This document shows positions 1-12,292 of a stretch of 64,000 nucleotides of DNA, piece by piece (position 1 is the stretch's first letter; every line of letters begins with the position of its first letter). Under the pieces are notes generated by a model. It saw nothing but the letters and a program-made list of their open reading frames with translations. It searched no databases and was not told the DNA's origin. The translations under genes were made by a program, and so were the position numbers. The stretch comes from Azolla caroliniana. Lineage: Eukaryota; Plantae; Polypodiophyta. The DNA lies in contig JBHGNT010000009.1 of NCBI GenBank assembly GCA_043228905.1, positions 20,770,001 through 20,834,000 of the forward strand, written 5' to 3'.

Positions 1-1
1 T

Positions 2-838
2 AAACAATGCAAACCCAGTGGGCGGTGTTTCAGCGGATGCAGCTCCTGTCCCGAAAGAGAAAGGTCCTTTTGGTAATGTACTCTTAGAAGCATCTTCAGA
101 TGCTTCAGACAAATTTGGATTGTCCTTTGCCACAACTGATTCAGATGAATCATCTTGACCTAGCTCCTCATTTTCTTCACCTGCCCCCTTGCTTCCATCG
201 CCGTTGCCCTTGTTTTCATCAGCTTTACCGTTGTTTTCATAACCTTCACTCTTGTTTTCTTCATCTTCGCCCTTACTTTGATCCTTGGGTGAAACAACAA
301 CTTGTTGGTGCCTGTCACTATAACCACCATTTGTCTCCTTGTCATTGCCACCTCTGTCATTATCACCACTTTCTCTCGAAGGAACATCCACAACAGGCTC
401 AATCTTCTCATCTTCTTTATCTTTAGTAACAGTTTCATCATCACACTTCTCTTTACTTGATTCTTCTTCTGCCACATTTACACTACCTGTGGCATTTGCA
501 ATGAATGGTTTCACCCCATCATTGACATTGGTTGCTTTGGCACCTTCAGCTGCGGCTACAGAGGGCACATTCGTACTCGGGACTGAGACCTTGTCTTCCG
601 AGGTCGGAGCCACAAGGCGGATCGAAGCAAATGGGTTGGGGCCAGAAGAGGCAGCAGGATTTGATCCACGCCGTACCTTCACAATCCGGCGGCTGGCAAG
701 AACCTCTTCAGAAGCTTTAGGGAAGGATCCAGATTCTAGGGGAGTTGGAACATGGCCTTCTGAATCGGAGCTTTCATCATCTTTGGAGATTTGACGAGAT
801 GCCCCTCTTTTCTTTGCTGGAGGACCATTGTCGCTCAT
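2..838 (-). CDS. NUP50: Nucleoporin Nup50-like protein, N-terminal part (runs off the window start)
   Basis: ATG at 838, open to the window edge: MSDNGPPAKKRGASRQISKDD...SFPKASEEVLASRRIVKVRR. This matches the plant NUP50 N-terminal motif and is followed by an acidic low-complexity region and FG-like motifs (PFSFGTG, TGFALF). It is missing from the ORF track because there is no stop in the window. Confidence 0.85.
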   Translation of the reverse strand, partial: MSDNGPPAKKRGASRQISKDDESSDSEGHVPTPLESGSFPKASEEVLASRRIVKVRRGSNPAASSGPNPFASIRLVAPTSEDKVSVPSTNVPSVAAAEGAKATNVNDGVKPFIANATGSVNVAEEESSKEKCDDETVTKDKEDEKIEPVVDVPSRESGDNDRGGNDKETNGGYSDRHQQVVVSPKDQSKGEDEENKSEGYENNGKADENKGNGDGSKGAGEENEELGQDDSSESVVAKDNPNLSEASEDASKSTLPKGPFSFGTGAASAETPPTGFALF

Positions 839-961
839 TTTTGCAGGTAAAGGAGCGTGTGAACGAGTGATTAAATAGATACACAAAGCAAAAGAAAGCC
901 TAGGAAAGTAACAGAAAACATCTTGTGAGAACCTTTGGGAAGAATCAAATAAAATAAAAAG

Positions 962-1565
<604 letters not shown>

Positions 1566-2030
1566 AACAAACAAAAGCGGCAGTTGAGTTTAAGAGCAGG
1601 CAATCGTAAAGACCATATCTATATCTATATATCTATATCTATATATACCTTGTCCGAGATGAAGGGTTGGAGCTGCAGACGATTCTCTGAGGAGCTCCTG
1701 CAAATTCCTCTCAGAAAAAAGAAGGAAATGAAGGGAAATAAAAAGCAGATTAGATACATATATATGTATATGTATGTATGTGTACCTTGGTGGGGGTATC
1801 GCGCTTAAGATCGCCGCTGCAAACGCTGTGTGTGTCACAAGAACCCAAAGATTGTAAAGGAAAACGAAAAAGAAAGCCTCAGAGAAAAAAGCTCTCTCTC
1901 TCTCTCTCTCTACCCACAACCCTTAAAAATCCAAAATTGCACACACTCACACACACACATACTATACTATACTATACTCACACATATGTACATATACAGA
2001 AGCACGGAGAGAGAGAGAGAGAGAGAGAGA

Positions 2031-2231
2031 TGGACGTAGCTCAGTTTGCTAAGGTTGCCCAATGGAGACCTGGTGGTCATGGGTTCAACCCCTACATTCC
2101 ACAGTGGCATTTCTAGTGAATTAAGAGATATATATGAAGTATATAATAGAGAGAAGTGAGAAAATTGGGTTTCGAACCCAAGATGCAGTGCTTGTAGTGT
2201 TACCAACTTACCACTAAGGTAAGCTAATTAC
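2031..2231. mobile_element. Module A copy 1: ~200-bp element with two convergent tRNA-like heads
   Basis: Plus strand: TAGCTCAGTTTGCTAAG...GGTCATGGGTTCAACCCC (A/B-box-like). Minus strand: TAGCTTACCTTAGTGGTAAG...TTGGGTTCGAAACCCAA. AT-rich centre; preceded by (GA)n. Confidence 0.7.
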
Positions 2232-2252
2232 AAAAAGAAGAAGAAAAAGAGA

Positions 2253-2438
2253 TGGATGTAGCTCAGTTTGCTAAGGTTGCCCAATGGAGGTCACGTGGTC
2301 ATGGGTTCAACCCCTACATTCCACAGCGGCATCTAGTGAATTAAGAGTTATATATGAAGTATATAATAGAGAGGTGAAAAAATTGTGCTCCGAACCAAAG
2401 ACACACAACAATGCTTGTAGTGTTAAGCTAATTATGAT
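2253..2438. mobile_element. Module A copy 2
   Basis: Diverged copy of 2031-2231, ending AAGCTAATTATGATA followed by (GA)n. Confidence 0.7.
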
Positions 2439-2454
2439 AAAGAGAGAGAGAGAG

Positions 2455-2587
2455 ATTGAACATTACAATAATAATCATTGTCCACATGAGACCAGAATTA
2501 CCGTCCATCTGCATGTCCTATAGAGGACAGATTGTTCGCAACCACATGAAACATACCGGTTGAGATTATCCATCCACTAGCTAATTA

Positions 2588-2592
<5 letters not shown>
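2455..2592. repeat. Module B copy 1 (~110-bp unidentified sequence ending with the module-A terminus AGCTAATTATGATA)
   Basis: Near-identical to 11838-11946; flanked by (GA)n. Confidence 0.75.
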
Positions 2593-2635
<43 letters not shown>

Positions 2636-4822
2636 AGAATTAGAATTAGAATTAGAATTTTTATCGTCCATAAAGAGGCCAAATTTGACCTATGGGACCA
2701 GAGTATACATGTGTTCTTGATATATGTCTCCTTCCTAAGAAGGGGTATTCATATGTTGAAGCACAAAGTCTCTATGTGTTAATAAAGCATACACATATGA
2801 GCTCAACCTTCTAGGTGGTGTCTTAAGTATGGATCTTAAGTTACCACACCCTCTTAGTATGTCAACATATCTTGAACGAATTGCACTATATGTCGAGCAT
2901 GTGAAGAGCAAGTGACATTCATCCTCTACCATGCCTTCATTGCATACTTTACATGTCTTCAAATTTGTTACATTTTGATACCATGATGCAACTTCAATAC
3001 CTAACTTGTGAGATCGAGTGCGAAGTAGTGTAAGGGCTCTACGAGCATTGCTAATCATATTGGTAATGAGATAAGGTTGGATACGATCAATAGACATTCT
3101 TGCTTTATATTGAGACCAACATTCAGGGTTGACATTTGCAATGTAGTATTCTAGCTTTGTCCTCTTAGCATCCTCCCACTTCATCCTTAATGATTCCACC
3201 AACCTTTCCTCAATCATTACATATTGCATAGCATTGCCTGAAAGCTCTAAAAGATCATCCACACTCCAACTTCTAAACCATTTCTTTATGTCAACAACCC
3301 AACCAAATGAGAGAATCTTACTTTTATGATTCTTTTGTAGCTTACATCCAACATTCCAAGAAAGATGTGGTAATCAACGATTCGACATATTCTTGATTTT
3401 TGTAATGTATTTATATACTCTTTGAAGTGCCAATAGTTCTATGGGTCGAACACTTGTTTCCAAGAGCATAACCTGGTAAGAGGTAGTGCATTTAACTCTA
3501 ATTGCCTCCTTAAAAACATCTTTTGAATTTTCTCAATCTCGTTCCATGCATTAAGAGAGATGGTGCCACCCCATACTTCTACTCCATAAAGCAATACTTG
3601 ACTTACCATGGCATTGAACAACATTAATTTTACTTCCCATCCACAAGTATCACTTTGGTTGCATTGGTCCTCCAAAAGGTAATATGATTTCCAACCGGCT
3701 TGGAGTCTAGAATCAAAACATGCACTCCATTTATTTGTGGCGAGTACATCAATACCAAGATATTTAAAGCTTTGAACAAATTGTATATGTTCACCTTTAT
3801 ATGTGAGCATAGGGTAATGATGAGGTTGGATGGTTTGCACTACCATCATTTTTGTTTTCTCCACATTCACTACTAGTCCACTACTATGGCAAAATTCTTC
3901 TAATACCCCAAGTAAATGTTGCATACTATCAACATCATATGAGAAGAGTACCACATCATCTGCATATAGAAGCAATAAGATATCAAATTGGGGCCATTCA
4001 ATCCTTCTTCTCTTGCAACCTTATTCACCACTTCTTCTAATTTATCAATACATAAGCCAAAGAGTGTGGGTGATAGTGGACATCCTTGCTTGACCCCCAT
4101 GTTACTTAAAAAGCTCTTTGAGAATCCACTATCCATTTTTAGTTGGCATTTAACTTGTTCATATAGGCGTGCAACCGCAACTCGGTACTCTAATGGCATG
4201 TCAATGTCTACCATTCTATTCCAAAGCTCACTTCGTGGTACGGTATCAAAAGCTTTCTTGAAATTAACAAAACAACAATAAAGTGTTTTTCCTTGTAGTC
4301 AACTCTCTTCCATGATTACTCTTTATGTGACCAAATGATCCACGGTGGAGTGTTTTGGTCTAAATCCGGCTTGCCCAAGTGCTCTTTTGCTTGTACTCTC
4401 AACCCATGTGCTTATCTTTTGCTCCATAATAGTACTATATAATTTAGCAATAGTTGAGCTCACCATTATTGTACGATAATTTGCTACTTGATCGTTATCT
4501 CCGCCTTTAAATATTGGTTTAATCCAATTCATAAGCCAATCATTTGGAAATCCTAGTTTTATAGCTTGCTCTAAAATTATCATTATCCAATGACGAGTGT
4601 ATGGCATTGTCCATTTTAAAAGCTCACTTGAGACGTAGGTTGAATCTGATGCTTTCCCACTTACCATCTTCTTTATTCCCTTATTGACATCATCAATATC
4701 GATACATGTAGTGCATGGAGTTTCAATTTTCTCAACCATAGGAGCCACACCTTCATGCATATATAACCTTTGTACATAGTCTAGCATCTCTTCATTTGTA
4801 AAGTGACCTTTCACATCTTCTT

Positions 4823-7800
4823 CTTCTTTTTTCCAAAATGAAGCTACTTTCCCATTAGTTAGGAAGGATTATTACATAGAGAGTCTACAAGGAGACTTAT
4901 ACACACATCGGGGAGTCTACCTCCGATCAAGTAAAAGAAGATCAGCCTACTTACAATGCCTTGCGGCCTAACTTAATGTAAGAAGCTACCTATATCTAAG
5001 GCGATGGCCTTCAATGTTGCCTAGTACGAGTCGGCTCTTGGGGCCTACAACGAAGAGAGGGTGGCAGGTGAGTAGGAAACAACCAGTGTGGGGGCTGGTA
5101 ATTCCACCTCGGGCCACTCTCGCCTTGCATCACCATAGGTGTGTTCCTCCATTTCTGCCAAAAGCGCAACCGGGCAGAGATCATGTCGTTGGAGTGGCTG
5201 CAAATCTCTTCCAGTTGCCCTCGTAGGCAGCTGATAATCGCGAACCATATGTTCATGATCACTTCCTCCATGGGCCGTATCGTACCTTGGAAAACCTTGA
5301 GGCAACGCGCTTTCCATATGTACCACAAGGTGAAACCTGCAATCAGCATCCAGATTTCTGGAAACCTAGGGGATGCGGGTTGCAAGCCTCTTTTGAAACG
5401 GATCTTGACGATTTTGCCTCTCGTGCATACATAGCACCAACTATCCGCATTGACGGTGTCCGTCCACCCTGCGACCGAGTGACCAATCCATGCCGCAACG
5501 CTCCACGAGGCTGTTCCTTCAACTTCACATGCCGCAAGGAGGCGAGTCACTCTATCCCAGATCTTTTGAGCTTGAGGGCAATCCCATAGACAATGTCTCA
5601 GAGTCTCAATAGGTCGAGAGCACAGTGGGTAGCCTAACAGGCCGCCGCGTTTACCTAGCCATTCACCAACGGGCACCACATTATGACCGATCTGCCACCA
5701 AAAGAGCTTGATCTTTTCAGGCATGTGGAGGCGCCAGAGACCTTTCCAAAAGGTAATGAGCGCCTCATCGGGGATGCCCAATGTTCGCCAGCCATTGCGA
5801 AGGGGGCTGCCCAGCTGCAGCTGCAAAGTCCGACCCAATTTAGTGGTGTAATCGAAGAAGTGATGGAGTCTATCATCATGTTTCCATCTGAAATCCCCTG
5901 GGTCCCAATCTAGATCGACAAGGGGGCGACAACCATATACCCTTAACCTCCAATGGGGTTCCACCTTAGCAACATCCGGGTCTGTCTTCAAGATGTTGTC
6001 AACCTGTGCCACCACTCGGATTGGGTGCCAAGAGCCCCTACTCTGACTGTCCCCAAAAATTGTATCTCTCCCCGATCTGCTCACACACTTTAGCGACTTG
6101 ACCATTCCAACCTCGTCAAAGAGACCGAACCATGCAGGTTCTCTCGCCTCCCCCATCGAAACCCTGTCAACTGCCTCAACTATCAGTCTCCGCATTTTCG
6201 TAGCTCCCTTGAGGGGAGGGAAAAGGTCCTCTTGGGCTCTTCCTAAAACAGCCATACGTCTCCAATCGTCTATAGATAGGAGGCCTGTTTGTGCCTGCTT
6301 TCCCCATGCTAGGCCCTTAAGTTGCCCTAGCATCGTGTCGTCACTTGTTCGCACGTGAGGATTCCAGAATAGTGGCTATCTAGTCCATTCGGTCAATGTC
6401 TCCGGGGTGTGTTTGACCAAATGTTGTCGTAGATGGCACCATGCCCACAAGATGGAGTTCACGACCCTGTCCTCCGGATGGCAAGCTAGCTTGGGTGGGA
6501 CTCCGCTCGTGTAACACCAATTCAAGGAGTCGGGCCAAGGCCTACCATACTCGGGAGTCCTTGCTTGCAGCCTATTGCGAAGAAGTACCTTCCAGCACCC
6601 CTTACCTCGCAGGAGGCAGCGAACCACCATTTTAGCCATCAATGAACGACTTTGCATTAAGGGGTCTATGAGGCCAAGCCCCTCTTTGGCCCGCGGTTGC
6701 GTTAACCAACACCATGACACTCTGGCAGCAGCCCTTGGGTTGTCCTTACCTGACCATATAAACCCCCTGATGGCAGCCTTAATCGCGTGCAGACCTGCAA
6801 GGTCCATAATCCAGCAGGAGATTGAGTGCCACATGGTAGCGAGCAACACTTGGTTCGCAACAAGGACCCTACCAACGAAGGATAGTTTAGATCTACTCCA
6901 TTGGGTCAACTTCCTGTTTATTTTGGCTTGTACGTGGGCCAATTGCGCTCCCTTGGGGATTGACCTCCCCATCGTAAATCCAAGGTACTTGAACGTCGTC
7001 CCATTAGGGACCCACATAAAATCGGCATGGGGTTGTCATCTTGGTTTCTCTTGTTCGTTGAACCATAGGCCTTGGGTTTTATTCCAATTGATCTTGGCAC
7101 CAGCCGCCTGACAAAAGTCCTCGACAAGATGTTCAGCCCGCTGCAGATTCTCCTCATCACCTTGCAAGAAAAGAACCGTATCGTCGGCATATTCAAATAA
7201 CAACAAATCATCGGTCGCATTGGGGATGGGCAATCCCCGCAGCCCGCTAGTTGGTGCTTGTAAGTAGGCGGAGAAAGCCTCGGTTACAAAGAGATAGAGA
7301 TATGGGGCTAGGGGACAACCTTGCCTCACTGAGCATTGTAGTTGGAAGGTGGGTCCCCTAGAACCAGCCAACAGCACGTTACTCGTAGCTGTCCGGTAGA
7401 GTGCAGAAGTGCAATTCCTCCATTTTTGAGGTAGGCCCAAAGCTCGCATCACATTTTCCAAAAAGGGCCATAACACCCGGTCGTAGGCCTTCTCGAAGTC
7501 TAACATCAGAATAGCCGAGCTCGATACGGAGCGGCCGGCCAATGCCATAGCTTCCCAAAGAAGCACCACATTATCAAAGATACACCTATTCTTGACAAAT
7601 CCAGTTTGATTGTCATGTATGATGTCCGGTAAGAAGCTTGCTAACCGTTGAGCTAGGACTTTAGCAAGTATCTTGTATGCCGTGTTAAGGATCGTGATTG
7701 GCCGCCACTGGCGCAACTCTAGGCTTCGCTCTGACGCTTTGGGGATGAGATATATCATCCCCTCAGCCAAACCAATTGGCATCTTTCCTGAGGACCAAAT

Positions 7801-9469
7801 CTCTTGAACTCCGGCTTCCAAAGACGGGATGACACATTCCCAATGAATCTCGAAGAAATCTCGTGAGAGACCATCGGGGCTGGGGCATGCACCCCTTCGC
7901 AATCCCCTAAGCGCCTCCGAGAGTTCTAAACGAGAGATGGGGCTATCGAGCACAACTTCCATCGCCTGGGTTACCTTGGGGTGAATGCAAGACATCACTC
8001 GATCAGCCAGCTCCGTGTGATGCCTCACCTGCATAGGTGCGAGGAGGTCACGATAGTATTGTGTTGCCATTTCCAAAATCTCAGTCTTGTCCTCCGTTAT
8101 CAAGCCGTCTGGTTTTCGCAACCCTTGTATACGTCCACCACCACCCTTGGGTGCCTTGTAGTGAAAGAAATGCCGGTTGACCTTGTCGTCTTTTCTAGCC
8201 CACCATGCTGCATTTCTTCGAAACATCATTCGGTTCTTCTCCAAAGTCCTTTCCTGTACCTTCATCTTTGCTTCCTCCAACTTAGCTCTAGACCAAGTGC
8301 AACCAGGGTCTACCTGTAGCAGCCATTGCGTTGCCGCAATGGCCTTCCTTAATTTTGTTTCAATGGCTCTAACCTATTGGAGGGCGCGCTTGGTCTCCTG
8401 TTGTAAGAAGGAGGAGGAGAGGGCCAATTTTTTTTTCAAATCTTCGCTGGCTGATTCACTGCCCATGGTGCCCTGCCATATACTTTGTAAACCGGCCTTC
8501 ACCTCTTTACTCTTCATGATCTTTGTGGGGATCTTCACATTGAGATTGCCTTTGCTATCGTTAGGTGGGTTAAGGTCTAGTCTCATCGGTTGATGATCTG
8601 AAAAGGTAAGACCTGCCAAGATAGCAAAGCCAATCTAGCTCTTTGAGGGATGAGCTGATGTATATGCGATCAAGCCGTGCAAGACTACCGCCCCTAGCAT
8701 TCCCGGCGGCTCTGGAAAAATAAAGTGAATGTGAGCTTCTCCTAAGGGAAGAGCCCCATGTATCCTTCACCCCGATTTTGCCAATTAGGAAAGCCCATGA
8801 ATCCAGTTCCGCACCATAAATAGGCCTCCGGGTCCCTCCTTTCCTATCTCCCAGGTGTTCAGTCATGTTGAAATCACCTACCATTACCCAAGCCTCGGCA
8901 TCAGGTAATGTTGTTGCTAGCATCCTCCAAAAGATTGCTCTCTCCGGGGCTGAGTTAGGGGCATAAATGTTTAGCACCCCAACCTGTAGGTGATTCCATT
9001 TCAGAAGCACGTATAAGGCCCGACCCTCCACCAACGTGCCAGATGATGTTACTTCGTATCGGGCCTTATCGCTAATTGAGATGCAGACCCCTCCTCTTCG
9101 GTGGAGGTCACCTTGTGCAGCTTACCACCATGTGGTCCACCCACCCAACAAGGGGTTTACTAAGCTCTGAGTTCGCTCTTGCGAGAGGTGGTGTTCCTGC
9201 AAAAGCAATATGTCAATATGGCCCCCTATATTAAGGGGATTCAACTCCTCCTGAAGTCTTCGGCACTCTTGGTGTTGTCGGCCTCCACCAAGGCCCTGTA
9301 CATTCCACGTTAGGATCCTCATCCGAAAGCGGTGACGCTGACGCCCATGTTCGGGCCGATCCCCATGTTAAGGGGCAACCTAACACCTATTTCGGGGGGT
9401 ATGGTCTCCACAGCAGGCTGCAAATCCCCTACGGGATTCTCAACCGATCGTTCCTGACCCGCTTCAAAT
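4823..9469 (-). mobile_element. 5'-truncated L1/Tx1-type LINE nested in the RTE-X ORF2
   Basis: ORF2 from 9322 (MRILTWNVQGL, LQEHH, NIYAPN, VGDFN, RLDRIY). RT (LDFEKAYDRV, RQGCPLAP, EYADD). zf-RVT (KIKLFWW...ETLRHCLWDC). Several frameshifts. 20-bp TSD GTGACCTTTCACATCTTCTT at 4803-4822 and 9470-9489. Confidence 0.92.
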
Positions 9470-10738
9470 GTGACCTTTCACATCTTCTTTCTTACCCTTG
9501 AGTTGTCCCCATGCTAATTTTGGTTTGAGCTTAAACAAGTTTTTCTTTTTCATCTCTTGCATTTGGAAATATCTTCTTTTCTTTCTCCTCACTATTTTCT
9601 TGTATATGTGCCATGCAACAATCTTTTCATTCCCCCCTTCTATGGACTTAAACCATTTGAGATACATCTTACATTCATCGTCGAACCAAGAATTACATGG
9701 AAAACTACACACCTTATGCCCACCCACATGTCTCTTAAAGCATTAATATCCAACCTTAAGGATTATATCCTTCAAATGTTGCCAATTTTCTTTAACATCG
9801 TTGCTTAGAGAAAAATTTAACAAATGGTTCTCCACTTCATTTTCATACATCTTAGCTTTTTCGTAGCAAGGTCGGATGATACATCTCTTTTCATCTTTCA
9901 CTTCACGACATCTAGTGGAATGTGGAATTGCAAGCTCTAAGTACAATGGCTTGTGGTCTGAGTTCAGAGATAGAGAACCAACTTTAAACACATTAACCAA
10001 TGATAGATCACATGCTAACATTAATGCATAATCAACCACACTTCCTCCACCCGAGGATGGTAAACATGTGAGCACATTTGTCAATGGGAATGCCTTTATA
10101 CCATTTAGGATAATCAAGTTTGTGCAATTTAGCATATGTATCAAAAGTTTTCCATAATCTGACATGACACAATCCTTTGAGTCACGCAATAGACAATGTT
10201 CTACTACATTTTCTTCAAATGTCTCCATGTTTTGGAAATTTCCAACTCTTGCATTGAAGTCTCCCATAATTAAAACTTTACCAAGCTTCTCAAATGAAAG
10301 TATATCATGGCATAACTCTGTAAAAGGATCATCACAATCTAACCCAAACCTACTATAGTAGTTTGAGTCTTTGTGAGGAATGTAACATGCAACTATATAC
10401 AACTTCTCTTTCCCCAAATTAACCTCTATCCATATGTATCTCTTATAGTCATCATATTTGCATACTTTGATAGAATTATCTAAGCTCTCATGGTAGATAC
10501 ATGCTATCCCGGCACGTCCAATATTCCCTTTGGAGTGAGGCCATATCGATTTTATGAGGTAACCGTCTATCTTAGGTATACGTTTTGCCTCATGCTCCCA
10601 TGTATCAACCAAAAATATAATATCCATACCTTGAGCTACATCATTGAGTCCTAAACCCTTATTCCATGGATATCCTCTACAATTCCAAAACATTACTTTC
10701 AATCGTGGAGCACTTATAATCCCCTAGGTCATTGCTTG

Positions 10739-11554
10739 CTATGCATTTTGATTTGCTTTCCGAGATGCATATGCTTGCCTTCTACGTTCTTGCTCTTGTG
10801 GAGTTCTATCCTCCGTTACAAAATAACTTGTCCCTTTTAAGTACACCTTACTACTATCTAGAATCATTGCCCTTTTACGTTCATCGAGGATTGTACAAAC
10901 AATAGCTCGAGATGTCTTTCCCTCTTGTTGCTTTTTGCCAACCCGATGTGCGGCATATACAATAACATCTTGCATAGAAAAGTGATCCTCAAAGAATTTC
11001 GTAATATTTTGTCCAAGAGATAATGCATTCTCTATTTCATTCTCTTCCATACCTCTAATGACAATATTATTCTTTCTTCTTTCGATTTCATATTGCTCCT
11101 TTACATCTAACACATCCATGGTATTAGGATGTTTTTGCGTGATTTTTGGTGTTTCTTTCAAGAGAACATCTTTCCACCTTGTCATGATCACATCTTCCTT
11201 CCCTTCAATTGTAGATTTTATTTCGGCATTTGCCTTCACTAAAATCTCTTTTTCTGCTTCAAGACTCAACATTTTTCTTTCGATTTCAGGCATCCTATTA
11301 TCTTGCATTTGAATAGTCATGTTCTTCATTGCATGTAGTTCTTCACACAAAGCTTTCATCTCTAACTTTTGCATTTCTAGTGTATGTTGAAGAGTTAATT
11401 CCCTCTCCTTACAAGTATACAATTCGCTTTGCATATGCATCACTGTCTCTTGCAATGAGATATACATAGTTGTGATCTTTTCCATTGACAATGTATGCAT
11501 TTGATTGTTTGGGCTTTCAATCCCATCATCATTGGCTTTTACTCCTCTTGGCAT
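10739..11554 (-). CDS. LINE ORF1 protein (coiled coil plus RRM-like domain)
   Basis: 271-aa open frame with a heptad-rich N-half and the motifs RRKNNIVIRGMEE, AHRVGK, RAIVC and FVTEDRT; lies just upstream of the endonuclease ORF. Confidence 0.8.
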   Translation of the reverse strand: MPRGVKANDDGIESPNNQMHTLSMEKITTMYISLQETVMHMQSELYTCKERELTLQHTLEMQKLEMKALCEELHAMKNMTIQMQDNRMPEIERKMLSLEAEKEILVKANAEIKSTIEGKEDVIMTRWKDVLLKETPKITQKHPNTMDVLDVKEQYEIERRKNNIVIRGMEENEIENALSLGQNITKFFEDHFSMQDVIVYAAHRVGKKQQEGKTSRAIVCTILDERKRAMILDSSKVYLKGTSYFVTEDRTPQEQERRRQAYASRKANQNA

Positions 11555-11837
11555 ATTTACTATTAATAAAATGATAGAAGAAGTAGAATGTACCTTTCAA
11601 TCAATTTAGGGTTTCAAAATCTACCTTGAGTTTGAGGAGCCGTAGAGCAAAGAGGGTTGCGGACGAAAATGCTCATAACTCCTCACTCCGGCAAAAGAAT
11701 TTAGCAAATAAACATTCGTTAGAAAGCTCTCTGAAAGAGTCAGAGAGCTTTCCAATGAGCTATAGAACGTAGATAATGATGGAGGGAGAGAAACAGACGC
11801 ACAGAAAGAAAGAAAACGTTGAGAGAGAGAGAGAGAG

Positions 11838-11946
11838 ATTGAACATTACAATAATAATCATCATCCACATGAGACCAGAATTACCGTCCATCCGCATGTC
11901 CTATAGAGGACATATTGTTAGCAACCATATGAAACATACCGGTTGA
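11838..11946. repeat. Module B copy 2
   Basis: Matches 2455-2565 with a few substitutions; between (GA)n tracts. Confidence 0.75.
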
Positions 11947-11971
11947 GAGAGAGAGAGAGAGAGAGAGCAGA

Positions 11972-12136
11972 TGGATGTAGCTCAGTTAGTCATGGGTTCA
12001 ACCCCTACATTCCACAGTGGCATCTAGTGAATTGAGAGTTATATATATGAAGTACATAATAGAGAGGTGAGAAAATTGGGTTTCAAACCCAAGACACAGT
12101 GTTTGTTATGTTAACAACTTACCACTAGGGTAAGCT

Positions 12137-12140
<4 letters not shown>
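11972..12140. mobile_element. Module A copy 3 (deletion in left arm)
   Basis: TGGATGTAGCTCAGTT-AGTCATGGGTTCAACCCC...CCACTAGGGTAAGCTAATT, between (GA)n tracts. Confidence 0.7.
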
Positions 12141-12174
<34 letters not shown>

Positions 12175-12179
12175 AGAGA

Positions 12180-12254
12180 TTGGTAAGATTGCCCAATGGA
12201 GACCAGAAGGGAGTTGAACCCCTTTAACACTTACCACTAGGGTAAGCTAATTAC

Positions 12255-12255
<1 letters not shown>
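12180..12255. mobile_element. Module A copy 4 (centre deleted, both ends fused)
   Basis: TGGTAAGATTGCCCAATGGAGACC...GTTGAACCCC joined directly to ACTTACCACTAGGGTAAGCTAATTAC. Confidence 0.6.

Positions 12256-12292
<37 letters not shown>

Larger units (their letters stand above)
2633..11820 (-). mobile_element. Apparently full-length RTE-X-like non-LTR retrotransposon inserted in a (GA)n tract; ORF2 frameshifted and interrupted by a nested LINE
   Basis: ORF1 at 11554-10739. AP endonuclease at 10702-9743 (WNCRG, MGDFNAR, SVVDY, SDH). RT pieces at 4814-3439 (GQAGFR, GVKQGCPLSP, LLYADD, FKYLG). C-terminal LRTRSHKLGIE...CKVC...EDECHLLFTCSTY motif. 3' tail (TTCTAA)n at 2633-2658; (GA)n on both sides. 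Clade assignment is from motifs only. Confidence 0.85.

Noticed and set aside
100-794. Plus-strand and alternative-frame ORFs at 100-794
   Set aside because: Shadows of the Nup50 frame on the minus strand.
2031-2105. Functional tRNA genes in module A
   Set aside because: A/B boxes are present, but acceptor and anticodon stems do not pair properly, and copies are diverged repeats in microsatellites.
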